A stretch of 64,000 bases of DNA. It comes from Eledone cirrhosa. Lineage: Eukaryota. The stretch spans positions 27,714,001 to 27,778,000 of the forward strand of contig OZ024754.1 of the NCBI GenBank assembly GCA_964016885.1, in the 5' to 3' direction. Every line of letters begins with the position of its first letter. Position 1 is the stretch's first letter. Both the position numbers and the translations under genes were made by a program. The notes below the pieces were generated by a model that saw nothing but the letters and a program-made list of their open reading frames with translations, did no database searches and had not been told where the DNA came from. Below, piece after piece: positions 13,836 to 29,614 of the stretch.

Positions 13836-14544
13836 AAAGATTAATTCCAAATGGTGCAGTAAATTAATGAGTATTGTCTTCTCTGATGATCTTTGCTACC
13901 CAATCTCAAAGTTTCACCACTACATGAGTGCAGGATTAGAACGGAATCACGGAAAAAAATGGAAAAAGTGACAGCAATATGGTTCACAATTTCTGTGATA
14001 AATAATTGGATTTCTAGAGACTTTGGTGTTTATCTCTCCATGTCAGAGAGATAGCATACATTGTTTTTATTAAAGGAACTGTTATTGTAAATTATTGCTG
14101 TATGGCCGATAATGGTCGGACCGCAAATCAATACAATAACTGATAATTTGTAAATTGAGAAAACATTTATTGCCACCTTTTTTTCCCTTAAATATATATT
14201 CATGCACATTAAAAACATTCTTATCGTTCATTACTACCACACCAATATATTATTTGTGTCCGCTAGACAAAATAGGCGGCTGTCCATAGAATCGAACAGT
14301 CCAGATTCACAAAACAATCACAGCAGCAGCGGCAACAACAACAACAACAACAACAGCAACATTAACAGCAACATCAACTGCAGCAGCAGTACCAGTACCA
14401 ACATTAACAACAGCATCAGTAGCAACAGTAACAACAAGAGCAACTAAAACCTAATATCAAGTGCAGCAGCTGCAAATGAATTAGATTTTCCACCACTGCC
14501 AATGTCTATTACTGTGAATGTCACCGCCCCTCACACAAAGACAG

Positions 14545-14710
14545 TAGATACAGCCCCTTTACGATCTGAGTTCAAATCCCGACGAGGTTAGCTTTGCCTT
14601 TCATCCTTACAGGGTCAATAAAATAAAGTACTAGTGACACACTGGGGTCGGTTTAATCGACTTTCCCCTCCCATAAAATTGTTAGCCCTATACCTAAAGC
14701 AGAAACCAAT
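14545..14710 (+). mobile_element. tRNA-derived SINE (partial); a second degenerate copy lies inverted at ~14770-14990
   Basis: B-box GTTCAAATCC followed by CTTTGCCTTTCATCCTTAC.GGGTC.ATAAAATAAAGTAC as in 47073-47262. Confidence 0.75.
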
Positions 14711-15029
14711 ATATATAAGATTGGTAGTTTCCTTAGAGTCTAGTACAAATGCTTAACGCTATTGGGGGGGGGGGGGGTCATTCATTGGTTGATCAAAGTA
14801 CCATTCACCTACTGAGATCAATGTTTTTGATTTTTCTTCCCCAATAATTATTGGCCTTGTGCCTAAATTAGAAATTATTATTATTTTGGCTGACTCGGTG
14901 TGTCGAACAAAATGCTTGCGCCATTTGTACTGATTCTTTACACTCTGCGTTTGAATACCAACCAGGTCAACTGTGTCTTTCATCCTCTTTCTTAGTACAA
15001 ATTACTTTTACACACACACGCATACACAT

Positions 15030-15083
<54 letters not shown>
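15030..15083. repeat. (TAG)n microsatellite
   Basis: Seen directly. Confidence 0.95.
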
Positions 15084-16733
15084 TGTTATCAGTAATCATT
15101 ACTAAAAGATTAAATCAAAACTAGATAACAACAAAATTTTAATTTCAAAGAAATAAATAGATATTTTTGCCAATAACTATTTAGATTAAATCCACTGCGC
15201 CAATGTAATATCCAAGGTGGCTCTTAAAACCGTTCATTTACTCTCATTATTGTAATTAAAAGATGAATATCTTCCCCTCGGATAAGACATCAGCCATAAT
15301 TTCTCCAAACTCATTTACACATAGAGGAAATGAAGCTGCCAGAATTCTCTTCCTCGCAGCAGAACTTGCTACTCCTCATTTTCCACTTCACAACATTCCA
15401 TTTTATTTAACTATTAAAATCTTGAGTATTCAACTAATTTCGTTTGGAAATGAATTATTTCTATTTTTAAATATTAGAGGTACTAAAACTGATTGTTCGG
15501 AAGATGTTACGTAACAATTTTAACAGCATATTTCAGTAGTAAATTACCTGCAATTTGCCTCCAGCTTATAATATTTCCTGTTTAATTAGTGAATTTTATT
15601 AAAATAATATCGTCTATGGGATTCAAATGGCAGTGGAACAGAAAAATAAATTATTGATATTCAATGTGTACATTACTCCTTGTCTTAATCTGCACTGAAA
15701 ATCCTCAAACTACAGAAAATGAGATTTCTTTTATTAATATAAAATTCAAATTTTGATTACACGGGTGGCAAATTAGCAGAAGCGTTAGGGCGTTTGATTA
15801 AATGTTTAGGTATTTGTCCTGGCTCACTGTGATTTTAGTTTAAACTCCATTAGAAATTACCAGGTCAGGGACAGTAGATTGGCGAGATTGCTAGGCATTC
15901 ATACAGAATGCGTTTCAGTATCTTATGTGGCACTATGTGTTATGAGTTCAAATTCAGCCACATTCTGTCACGGAGTGTAACCGGTGGATATTATCAACAA
16001 TGAAAAAAATAATGGAAACTGGAAACGTGGTTTTCTTGCATTGATCTGATAGACGGCTCCCTTGTGTCCCTTAAATTAGAAATCAGTACCACTAGATGTC
16101 AGATTTGAACACAGAACTGAAAACTAAATACTCAGGCATTTCATGTTACCCTCTTTTTCTTCAAATGTCCCCGAAAACAATTAAAATATTAAAGACAAAT
16201 ATATTGTATCGAAATTGGAAACTGAATAAATCTGGTATGATTAACAAAACGGATTTGGCAGTAGAGCAGCTTTTCTCCGTTCGTTATTAATATTCATAGT
16301 TGTTTCTGGAAAGCTCAGTACGGATTAATATTGAACATAATAGGATTCTTGTGTTTTGTTGTCATAAAATATGTAGCTGGGTCTCCCTTATCTCTACGGC
16401 ATCAGATGGAATATGCTGGAATGTTTCATGTAATTTTCTCTTTCAAACAATCTAACATTAATAGTGTGTCAATTCGCATTAGGCTGTCTATACACGCACA
16501 TGCACATATTTATGCGTGATCTCTCACACACAGACAGACGTACCACACACACACACACACACACACAAACAAACACAGTGAAAGAAAGGAGCGAGGGAAA
16601 AACATATCTGTCTATATATATAAGTGTGATCGTGTATAGTTGCGTATTATTGTGAATGTACGTGTGTGTATATGTACATATATAAATATATATGAGTGTG
16701 TGTGTGTGTGAGTGTGTGAGTCGTGTGTATGTG

Positions 16734-16787
<54 letters not shown>

Positions 16788-17355
16788 CGTGTATGTATCT
16801 ATGTATGCATGTATGTATATAGCTAGTAAATCTATTCATAGGGAAAAAGAGAAATTAGTTTACCTTCCTCTTTATATAATCATATACAGTATATGTGTGT
16901 ATGTGTGTGTGTATATTTTTTTTCTCCTGGGAGTGAAAGGCCTCCAGTTGTTGTCACAAAACCTTTCTAGGAGAGAGAAACTCTGAAAAAAAAAAACCTG
17001 CGGCTGATGTTGAACAGTTCTTCTTTTCGGGTAGTGTTTTCGATGCTCGGAGAGTGGGAATGGTCGAGTGCAAGGCCTTTCGTCTCTTAAAAAAACCTTC
17101 AAAGCACTGGCCTTGCTTGTTCGTTCGGGATCTGTTACCTAAAAGTGCAACGAATCTGTAATCTGACAAGCGATTGTAATACTTTTAGCTGAGTTTGTAG
17201 CCATTATATATATATATATATTAAAGAGTTAAACAAGATTCAATGAGTACATCAAAGAATGAGTAGATTGGAAGCACTCTTCAGAGAGATATTTTCCAGA
17301 GTTATTAATATTAAATTCAAATATTAACAAAATAGATGTTCTTGTGATCAATTAA

Positions 17356-17421
17356 ATTTTATTATACATATTTCAGAGGTACTTGAATCAAGTTCAACAG
17401 TACGTCCACATCAGATAAAAT
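17356..17421 (-). ncRNA. Hammerhead ribozyme motif (A9 substituted) within a small inverted-repeat element 17220-17535
   Basis: Minus: ATTTTAT-CTGATGT-stem II (GTAC..TTGAA/TTCAA GTAC)-GAA-A TATGTA T-A^ATAAAAT; 7-bp stem I; IR arms ~17308-17366/17477-17535. Confidence 0.65.
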
Positions 17422-17528
17422 AAAATGATACATGACATACCCTGACATGTTTGATGGTTAAGATTTAATCAAGGTAGTATAATAAAATTTAATTGATCAC
17501 AAGAACATCTATTTTGTTAATATTTGAA

Positions 17529-17899
<371 letters not shown>

Positions 17900-18318
17900 T
17901 ATATTTATCTCCAAATTATTTGTTGAGTAAAACTTGCCAAAATTTACTGCTGTGATTCGTGGTAGTAGTAGGCTATTGTCATAATACCACCCCACTCCTC
18001 ACTGATTAACCCCAGTGTCACGTGATTGATCCTTTAGAATCTGCCACTGACCAGAGAGGCAGTGAATTTTTTCAGTGCTTTGGAACTTAGTCCCCGCTAG
18101 CTTTGTTCCATCCACTGAATTATTATTTTTATATGGGTTCCTAGTGTACGCGCATTGCCTGGGAACTTAGCTGAGAATAGACTCCCTGATGACCTAAGGA
18201 ATTCTCTATAGTTATCTTACGTAACTATATTTATCCCCTTACAGAAACTAATTAGTTGGAGTGAAAATTTTAGTAAGTAAGTTAATTTTTAATTTTTAAA
18301 ATTGTCTTATTTTACGTC

Positions 18319-18382
<64 letters not shown>

Positions 18383-18386
<4 letters not shown>

Positions 18387-19920
18387 AACGAAAGACAGTT
18401 ACTTTAGTCCATCCCAATTTATTTCATTATACGCATTTCGAAGGTGCAATAACCTAAGCTAAAAAATAAAAATGTTCTCTTCAGATAAAATCTATGGGAG
18501 ATGTAGAAATCATTTGATATGCAGGCGGTCAGACGAGCTATTCAGATCCGTAGCGGGCAAGCATATGAGAACCTCAACAACAGAAGTTATTATATGAGTG
18601 GGAGAAATATTACAGTTAATATTGACGTTTTTGAACTGGCAAGGGTATGATGACATTTGATTGGTCAAAAGAATCAAAACAAAAACAAATATTGACGATT
18701 AGTCTATTTATTTATAACTTATGTTAGATTAAATTAGATGCTATACTAAAAAATATATTCGAAGATGCTAAAGTAATAATGCAACTATATAATAGAGAAA
18801 TATTTATGAATAACTAATTTCGTAGACAATTTATAGTAGTTTATGTAAACAATTAAATTAGTAGATATTATGAGCGGACAAAATATTTAACAATTGGCTT
18901 TTCTATATTAATAACTGGCTAGGTTATGGTTATATGGGATTAACTTTGCCTTATATGGGATTAATCAATTGGTTCAAAGGAAAACATGTATTTGTTGTAG
19001 CCTAATTATTTAAAAGGAAAAATGCATCTATTATAGCCTAATTTGTCAACTTATATTAAAATTAATTTACTTGTATACTAATTAAAGTTAAAATAGATTA
19101 AAAGTTATGATGAAGAAATATATTTATGTTGTCTATTTAGCTTATTAACGATTTAAAAATAAAATAGCTTAAAATCTATTTATAAAGAAATTTTATGTTA
19201 CTTATTTAATAGTCTATTAAATTTTATTTAAAATTTAACTAAATACCCTATGAAACGCTTTGCTAAAATTATGATGACAAGAACTAAATAATTCTAAGCG
19301 TATATTTATAATTAATTGCCTATTATGAATGATGTGGAGAATCTCTGTGGTACAGAGGTCACATCCCTTATATATAGATGCATTTTCATAAGGCAAAACA
19401 CGATAAAGTTTCTACCAAGAAAGGAAATATTCAATATTATTATTTTTAAGTGACCAAATCAATTCAGACAGGGCCGTGATAAATCTTTTATGTTTTCCTT
19501 TAAACGAGTGGCAATGGTTATACCACCTTTCTTTAAATTTAGAAGAAGTAATACCAATATAACTATAAGAGTTATCATTCGTTTTAACTATGCGTTTATA
19601 AACTAAGTTACGATCAAGACAGTTATTATTAAGTGGGCAAAGATCACGGTTTTTACCATTACAATTATTTACATTACTATTTAAAGTTTCCACTCTGTGT
19701 CCATAAGTCGGTAAATATCCCTCGTCTATGTTAATGTAATTAAGACTGTTATTTGAGATTTTGTTAATTCCATTAGCGATTCTATTATTATTGTGAGTTA
19801 TTTCCCTATATTATATTCCCAGATTTCTATTGTTAATTCTAGCTATATTCTGTATTTATGTGATCTAGGAAAGCATTTATCTAGTGCGTTAAAGAAAGAC
19901 TAGCTATTTTCTTCTTAACT
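18383..19920 (-). mobile_element. 5'-truncated PLE (GIY-YIG end, Hydra-type) with 3' HHR, inserted in (TA)n
   Basis: ORF 19412-19693: NCN..CPLNNNC..LVYK..YIGITSSKFKERWYNH..ALSELIW; HHR at 18421-18491. Confidence 0.85.
18421..18491 (-). ncRNA. Type I hammerhead ribozyme motif
   Basis: Minus: ATTTTAT-CTGAAGA-GAA...TTC-GAA-A TGCGTA T-A^ATGAAAT. Confidence 0.75.
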
Positions 19921-20137
19921 ATATATATATATATATATATATGGGTGTGTGTGTGTGTCTGTGTATGCTCTTGCGTTGGCATGCAATCATAACTGCAGGC
20001 GGTAATGTTTCTGGTTGATTACCCTTCATCAGTACAGTATGCTGCTTACCTGCCAACTACTTGTTATATATATATATATAATTGAAAAAGTGAAGAATAA
20101 CATGGTCAACAGTACAAAAAAGGGATTTTATTTACAG

Positions 20138-20241
20138 TCTAACAATTATTTCACTGATTAAGTTGTCTAAAAATTGCTGAACACTAGAAGCAGTGCCATT
20201 CAATTTCAAATACGATGTTAGCTTAATCAGGTCATCAGAGA
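20138..20241 (-). ncRNA. Hammerhead ribozyme motif with long stem II loop
   Basis: Minus: TCT-CTGATGA-C CTGATTAAG ...~59 nt... CTTAATCAG T-GAA-A TAATTG T-T^AGA. Confidence 0.75.
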
Positions 20242-21014
20242 TAGCTACAAAAAATATCCGGTAAATTTACAAATTCAAATTACAGCATCATTAATAATGT
20301 TAATAATAAAGATAAAGAGAGATAAAAAGAAAGAGAGATAGATAAAAGAAAGAAAAAGAAAAAGAAAAAGAAAAAGAAAAAGAAAAAGAAAAAGAAAAAG
20401 GAGAAAGGAAAACAGAGAAAGATATATAGAGAGAAAAAAGACATAGAGAAAGGAGGAGAGAAAAGGATAAATGAGAAATAAAGGTAGAGAAAAAGAAAAA
20501 TAGAGGGAAAATAATGATATCAACAATAGATGAATAAATGTTAATACATGAATAAATGTAAATAAATAAATAAACAAGTTACATCGAGGATGATACAAAA
20601 TAATACAAAATATGAAAATAAATAAGAAAAATGTGCGAAGAAATTTAAACATATTAAGATTATTGAAAGTGGTTATTGTGAGTGGTTAAAATATAGAGAG
20701 GGGCGAAGGTATAAACATGATAATGTTAAATATATTTATGTGTGTATTGGTTATTTTAATAAATTAATTATATAATTAATTAATTATTTGATTAATTAGT
20801 TGTAAGTTATATTAGGACTGAAAATGATATGATAAGATAAAATAAGATAAAATGCCACAGATGAAATAAATTTAGGGAGAGAAATAGAAAGATAGAAAGT
20901 GAAAGATAGAAAGTGAAAGATAGAAAGTGAAAGATAGAGATATATAAAATATGAATGTAAAATATAAGAGGTTATGATGATGGTTCATTGATAGATGATG
21001 ACAATTATAATAAT

Positions 21015-21203
21015 AATTGTTTCTACTTTAGGCACAAGGCCAGCAATTACCCAGTGTATTACTGGTACTTTATTTTATCGACCCCGTAAGGATGAAAGGC
21101 AAAGTAAACCTCGGCGGGATTTGAACTCAGACCGTAAAGGGAGGTAACTATGTTGGAAAGCATGGTGCCCGACTCTCTACCGATACTGCCAATCCACCGC
21201 CAC
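21015..21203 (-). mobile_element. tRNA-derived SINE, near full length
   Basis: A-box-like TGGCGGTGGATTGG and B-box GTTCAAATCC on minus strand; highly similar to 47073-47262. Confidence 0.85.
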
Positions 21204-21540
21204 AATTATAATAATAATGATGATAATGGGATATTATAATAGATCTAAGTGGTACAATTTGGGTTATGGAATATATTAGATGAATTAAGCTGGTCTAAAG
21301 TTCTCAAAATTGTTAGACTGTAAATAAATCCCTTTTTTGTACTGTTGACCATGTTATTCTTCACGTTTTCAATTTTATTACTCCAAGATAAACTTACATA
21401 GGAATACAAGTGAAATCAGAAACTCGCCATCTACGTAAACCTCTTGTTGAGTCAAACAACGCCGTACGCTAAAACTATCCATAATAAGAGGTATTCACAA
21501 CCTCTAACTGGATTACCTATAACGATATTTTGTTATTCTT

Positions 21541-21576
<36 letters not shown>

Positions 21577-22664
21577 AATATAAATTAGCGAGAATCGTTT
21601 TCAGCTCAGGAATTAACGAAAATCAACGTCCGATATGTGTGGCAAGCGCTCGATGAATCATATGAATCAGAGCTACAACATACGTTAAGGGCCAAACACA
21701 CTGAGATGATAGTTAAACATATCATCCGCACAGCCAAAACAAAACGACCAAGTAATTCGGGTCAAACAATAAAAATATATGTGTTGATACTTTCCAGGAC
21801 CCTGGACTGATGGTAAAATCCAGTATTGGTTTCTGCGACTCCAAATCAGGTACTGTCCGCCTACATAAAGAATGTTGGGCTTCTGGTGAGATGATGAACA
21901 AGGCAGTCGTGTTATCAACGGGTTTTGCTCCAAGATGCTATAGATAGTGTGGCTATTATTGACCCCTCGTGGGATTCAGCAAGGGAGGTAACACCTCTAT
22001 TAAGCGAATGATTCAGTTGTGTATTATTGCGAGAATGGAAAATATCACAAATCGAATAAAGCTCTCGACAGAATGGTTAAATATAACAGAGCTATTCAAC
22101 AGTCAATATAAGTAACTGAAAAAAATCAATAACATTAACTGCTCAATAGCTAGACTCTGGAGATTAATACAAATATAAATTAGCGAGAATCGTTTTCAGC
22201 TCAGGAATTAACGAAAATCAACGTCCGATATGTGCTGTGAAATAGCGATGTATATATAGTATATTTGATAATATACTGTATGTTTATTTGAAAATATTTT
22301 GAAGACCATTCGCTATGAGTTTTAAAGTAGTGACTATGTCACTTACTTAGCCTCGGCAAAGATAAAGGGAAACGACCGACAGCTGTTTCTCGTTCGTTAA
22401 CGGTTATCAAGATTGCGTATCCCTTCGCTTCTGCCGAAAGTTATAGAAGATGGATTCTTATAGAATTCCAGTGATGTTTAAGAGCTGATTAAGCAGAGCA
22501 GTTGCCGGTCCAGCAAAAATTAGGAATTAGTATTAGTGCTCTGAAATAAATAAACATACAATATATTATCAAATATACTATACATACATTCATACATACA
22601 TCGCTATTTCAGACGACCCGCATACGAGTAGCACATGAGAGCGACCTGGCATAAACATACATAC

Positions 22665-22752
<88 letters not shown>

Positions 22753-23093
22753 GGAATCCATTACAATCATTTATGCGCAAAACCATCGCGAGTAACACGA
22801 AATGATAGACGAAACGAATCCGTTGTCACAGACTGGGAATAACTCATTCGGTTTTGAAAGGACATTATACTTAAAGCATAAACAACATGTAGTGTTCGTA
22901 CAGAGAAAAACCACAAATTTGTTAGACCAAAAAAATAAGTGGCACATCAACATCTTTGTTACTTTCAATTTATTCCAATATCTACCGTCCATTTTACATT
23001 TCCGTAGCCGTTAAATAACATACTGCTTTCTTTATACACTAACATAATGCTGCAAGCAATCTACAACATCCTCTCACACATACGCACAAATTA

Positions 23094-23448
<355 letters not shown>

Positions 23449-24862
23449 GGGGTGCTCTATTTCAAGAGTGTAACGAGTAAAAGAAAATCTTAGTCAGACA
23501 GAGAGGGGGCAGTTGGGTGTATTTTCATGTTTGTGTAAGAGAATGTTCAATAAATTCTTATTATATTGTATATTAGTTACTCGTGTTGTCTGAATAATTA
23601 AGATTTATTATTAAGTCACACTGGCCTTGATAATGTTATTTCTTTTGTTACCGTCAGTATTTCTAATATTGGTTGATCAAACAACTTAGCTTCATATTCA
23701 ATATTTCTGCTATAATCTGGTGAGACGAAATATTATACAAGGTTTACAGAAATTATTTCATGTATCTGTCGACATTATTTATACTGATCTGATTATTTCA
23801 TCTGTTTCAGAATCTCTTTGAATCAATAAGACTCTGGTATTCTTAATGGGATTACAATGTTCTTTAATTTAATGCCTATGCTAAAAGTGACAATTATATT
23901 TTTTTTATATCCGACTATAAATCACGAATTATTTTAAATGTGCACGTTGTAATGACATCAATCCTTGAACAAATACCTAAAATATTTATATTAATTCACA
24001 TTATGTTCACACAAATATATGTGACTTCTACAGTGTGCTTTGAGTAACATTTAAAAGGTAATATAAATGAGTTTTTGATAAATGTCAACATTTCTGGCTA
24101 AGGAGTCAAATCTGGAATACTTTTTAATCAGGAACCAAGAAATAAACCAATCTTTATAAAATCTATATTGTTAGATTTATACATTATACAAATATTCTCT
24201 TTAGTTTCCATTCTTGTTTTTGTAACCTGCATTCTACCGGCTTTCCCTAAACAATATTAACCATATATTTCAGCTTTAAAAGTCTGAAGTGGAGCCTTCC
24301 ATTTTTCATGCTGTTCAATTATAAATTTTCAATTCTAAGGACATTTCTGCAATGAATCTTTATATAACTTGCAAAAATAGTTAGTATATAGTATTAGGTT
24401 AATATTTGAGTAATATGATCAATAACAAAGTAATTAATGTTATGAATTAAACTGACTTGATATATTGATGTTGCACCCTGTATATATAATAAAGATACCT
24501 ATACGCTACTAATGTACTGAGCACCTTTTTGAGTCATGGTTACCCCCGAAACATCTCGAGAATCTACATATAATAATAATGGAAACAGCTGAACTATTTC
24601 AGATTTTCTAGATCAACATATAGCCATACTTTCAATGTAACCTCTATTGCTATAAATGTTTCTCGGTCGATAACCTGTTTCGTCTTTTTTTATTTTTTAT
24701 TTTATCTCCAATACCGTTGGGAAATTTATGAATAAGATCATATCTGGCTTCATATCTACACAAATTTTCAGTTGTCATACGAATGATATAAATCATTAGT
24801 TATTGCATTCACACTTCAATACATGTATAGCTATAGACACACATATACATATATATATATAT

Positions 24863-25039
24863 AACGAAGGAAATGTGGTAAGGAACCAGGTGGACCATAA
24901 CGCACCAAAGTACTCAATACTTGAGGTAGTAGAGTGGGTAATAGGAACCAGTAAGACCCCGACAGCTGAGCTCAAGCCGTTTCGACGGCGAATTAGCCGT
25001 CGAAACGGCTTGAGCTCAGCTGTCGGGGTCTTAGTGGTT

Positions 25040-25042
<3 letters not shown>
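24863..25042. mobile_element. Fold-back element family A, copy 1 (3' half of an HHR on each arm)
   Basis: Palindrome centred ~24992; GAAACGGCTTGAGCTCAGCTGTCGGGG stem III plus GUC site; in (TA)n. Confidence 0.85.
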
Positions 25043-25103
<61 letters not shown>

Positions 25104-25122
25104 TGTGTGTGTATGTATATAT

Positions 25123-25345
25123 AATTCCGGGCAAGGTTGTTTGTGGAATACCAGCAGTCGTTCATACATACCAGTCTTCCCTCTCCACGCCTCCAATGAT
25201 GTTCAAGGGAAAGGCAAAAAAGGCCGATGCGGCTTGGCACCAGTAACGTCACAACTCATTTCTACAGCTGAGTGAACTGAGGAACGTGAAATAAAATGTC
25301 TCGCATCCCCTGGTCAGGAGAATTGAACTCACAACCTTACGATTG
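25123..25345 (-). mobile_element. tRNA-derived SINE (second family)
   Basis: Minus-strand GTGAGTTCAATTC B-box-like head followed by GTTCACTCAGCTGTAGAAATGAGT central domain. Confidence 0.7.
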
Positions 25346-25411
<66 letters not shown>

Positions 25412-26467
25412 GGAGAACGAGAGGTGAATACTATATTTTAGGGCGTATAAGGCAAATATGTTTTATCCAAAGAATTTGTGTCATAATCTAACTTTTTTCT
25501 GTTTCCTGTACACCAAAGATATGAGAAAGGTGTAAATGTAAGCTGCAGATAATGATAAATATTATAAAATACACAACAACACCCTTAACGTAACATTGAT
25601 AAGAAGCGCTGGAGAGCTCCCTCTAGAAAAACCAATCGATACACAAACAAATTAGACATCCATGATTATATCTGTTAATCTAACTATTCATTAAATCTAT
25701 AATTTATTGTATATCAACTGAACTAATTTTCATTCGTTATTACAGTAAAAAAACAAGAGGTGCATCTTCAAATCCATATTATTTTTTATATGACATGAAT
25801 TGTATAGAATACTTTCATTTTTTTATTTTTTATTCTTTTACTTTATATAAATATATATATATATATGCCGATATATATATATACATATATATATCGCATT
25901 TGCGAGATAAACCACAAACCCTTCATCTCAATTCTACTTTTGAAAAACATAAGAACTGTGAAACTGTTAAAGGAAATAAATAAATACTCTTAAAAAGTCT
26001 CTAGTTGCATTTTCAATTTCTTTTCCTTATACATGTATAAAAGAATATATATATATATAAAAGAAAAAAGAAAAAAGGGGCGTAATGTGGAGATGCTCCA
26101 TATTACGCCTCTTTTTTTCTTTTTCCTTTTTTCTTTTCACTTCATAAACCTTGTTTGTAAATAACATTATTCTTTCTGCACCATTTCTTTAACATGTCCA
26201 ACACCACCATTCTACACCAATACATATTACTATCATTTGATAATGCATAAAAATGCTGAAACCGGTAATAGACAATTATTAAATATATAAATAAATAAAT
26301 AAATGCCATTGTTAATTAATAAATAAATCAACTAATACCTCAACACTTCACACAAAATAAAATATTTCGTTTTAATCATTTTCTAACCCAGAAAAAAAGA
26401 GAGTAAGAAATAAAAAGGGAAAAAAATATTTTTTTCTTCCTAATAATCTTCTTTTTCTCCCTGTTTT

Positions 26468-26501
<34 letters not shown>

Positions 26502-27012
26502 CGAGATATATATAAACACACTTGAATACAACCATTAGTATTTCAATATTTTTCCCAGACCGTTTTTCTTCTGAGTATGTGTACTTGATATATTCTATAC
26601 AATAAAATAACTGAGAATGACCAATAACAAAGCTACAGGTAGAAGTAAGAATGTCTGAATATGTCATTCTAAACTGGACAATTAATTTGAAGCGTTGATA
26701 TAAAGTAATATATACCGTGCAGGTGAAAATAACACAATACATTAATATATTTATTTATTTATATATATTTATATATATTCATATATATTTATTTATATAT
26801 ATTTATATATACATATATATATATATACCTTCGAAGTAAACTAGCTATATTAGCTCACATTGCTATACCGAGGATCTTACTAATGAGATTCCAAAGACAC
26901 TTCCTAAAATAAAATTGCCCCCAGCATATATATTACTAACTGTCGTATAGTATCTTAAATATATTTCTAAATGTCATCATCATCGTCGTTACACACACAC
27001 ACATCATATATA

Positions 27013-27216
27013 TAACGAAGGAAATGTGGTAAGGAACCAGATGGACCATAACGCACCAAAGTACTCAATACTTAGGGTAGCACAGTGGGTAATAGGAACG
27101 AGTAGGACCCCAACGGCTGAGCTCTAGCCGTTTCGACTGCTAATTCTGGACGGCTAATTACTCCAGAATTAGCCGTCGAAACGGCTTGAGCTCAGTCGTC
27201 GGGTCCTACTCGTTCC

Positions 27217-27217
<1 letters not shown>
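27013..27217. mobile_element. Fold-back element family A, copy 2
   Basis: Same AACGAAGGAAATGTGGTAAGGAACC start and palindrome around 27150; in (TA)n. Confidence 0.85.
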
Positions 27218-27247
<30 letters not shown>

Positions 27248-27309
27248 GTGTGTGTATGTTTACATAAGTATATATCTGCATATATACAATATACATATAT
27301 ACATATATG

Positions 27310-27683
<374 letters not shown>

Positions 27684-28516
27684 CATATATACATATATAT
27701 GTGTATATATATACATATGTATGTATGTATATTGTATATTGTATGTGTGTGTGTGTGTGTGCAAACAAGAATGTTATTTTACTCATTGTGTTTTAAATAC
27801 AATGCCATTAATTTTAGTTTTCTGTCTCCTATTTAAGAAGATGTAGATTCTCGGTATCACCATGGAGTGCCTAAGTAAAATTACGTTTCGCTACTCAACA
27901 TCATCTTTGTGTACATCTATTTCTTAATAATCGTCATCAGTTAGTTCACACATTATAATATCACTCCTTTTCTCCACATTTCACAGAGTAGACTAAATTC
28001 CAATATATTTTCCTTTCCGCTTATTTCTGAAACATTTCCGCTAAAGAAATAGAAATAATAAACAGTTCGAATCTAATAAGGGAAAGTTGCATTAATTTAT
28101 GAGCTGTAAAATTGTAGACTTCCGGCGTCTCTTAGGACCGGACCGCATCCATACTCACTGATATCGGAGCGGAGTTGGCCGCGAGCATGTGCCAACCCCG
28201 CAAGGTGGAGTAGTTGTTGCAGTATGTCTCTCTTGCCCTCCTCCGGAACTATGTAGTTACCATCCTGTCAGCTGGGATCCACAGTATGAGGGTAAAATAG
28301 CTGGAGGTGGAGGATACTTTCATTTTATTTCTTTAAAAATCTCTTCGAAGGTCAGTATGTTCATTTTAATTGCCCCACCAAAATCAAATACTTTTTGGCT
28401 TCTCTATCTTTGCTGCAACAGCGAACTGCTAGAAAGGTGGACTCTTCGGATAGGAGAGGCCTCACTGTATCTAGAAAGGAGTGATAGCACAATAATAGGT
28501 ATTTATTGAATATCAA

Positions 28517-28563
<47 letters not shown>

Positions 28564-28614
28564 GGTGGGGTGCGTGTATGGTCTGTGTGTATGTGTGTGT
28601 GTATCTACATATGC

Positions 28615-29614
28615 ATATATATATATAAAATTAAGTATGTGTGTGTGTGTGTCTGTGTATTACCTATAGGGGCCTACATCTTACGACCGATTTTCATGAC
28701 ACTTTACAGGCTCATAGATTAGTCATCAGGGATATTTTTGCATGTATCAGCTTATCGTTTTTTAATTCCGGGGTCATTCTGCAGATAAAAATCGATCGGG
28801 GTGGGGGTCACCTTTTTTTAGGTATCGAAAAATAAGATTTGTGGCTCCAGCTCCTACGTTTTGCCACCGATTTCGTTCAAATTTGAAAGCAAAATAGAAT
28901 TTAGCATTGCACATCCTGTAATGACTTTATATTTTGCATTTGTTCAGGGACGGCGTGGCAGCCGCTTAAATATTCAAATTTACCACTTTTAGACTTAAAT
29001 TTCCACTTTTCGGCTCTAGCTCCCACATTAATCAACCTACTTTCTTCAAATTTTAGACTACGCTAGATCTGATTATTTCACGCCTTAAAGTGGCTTTACA
29101 TTTTGGGATTTTTGTTCAGGAACGGCGTGGCAGCCGCTTAAATATTCGAAAATACCACCTTTTCGCTCAAATTTCCGCCTTTTCGGCTCTAGCTCCCACA
29201 TCTTTCAACCGATTTCGTTCAAATTCGAAACTTCGCCTCCACCTCACACATAAATCAATTTATTTGGTTCAACTTTTATACTACGATAGAACCTATCATT
29301 GCACATCTTATAGATGGTCAAAGGCAAAACGATGGCCACTGACGTCGTCTGAGCTTTTAGTTGTGTATTTGAGAATTCAGCGGTTTCCAATGAAGTAGCG
29401 TGAAGAAATTTGGCTTAGTGTTAGAGGTCATTACCTCCCTCCCCCAACATGCCCCTTCGTCAGTCACCCGCGTTTCTCAGTGATAGAGGTTATCACCACA
29501 CCCTCCCCCGCATGGCCTGTGATGAGTCATCGAGAAGCAGTCGCTAAGATCAACACCTTTTCATCAAAGCAGATATTATTCTACCTACGCAGGCAACGCT
29601 GGGTACTGCTGCTA

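Larger units (their letters stand above)
20080..21540. mobile_element. Non-coding PLE pseudo-LTR-type insertion with inverted ends; contains HHR and a nested SINE
   Basis: 20080-20147 inverted at 21307-21373; tail 21375-21540 homologous to 49141-49300; related copy at 42670-42835. Confidence 0.7.

Noticed and set aside
14202-14447. Asn/Ser-rich 81-aa ORF
   Set aside because: Degenerate (AAC/AGC)n repeat; no domain or convincing splice context.
18186-18205. CTGATGA heptamer (also at 54349-54362 region and 34689-type chance hits)
   Set aside because: No properly placed stem II-GAAA-stem III-stem I could be built.
21015-21203. A-box/B-box sequence as a tRNA gene
   Set aside because: No cloverleaf; continues into a shared SINE body present in several copies.
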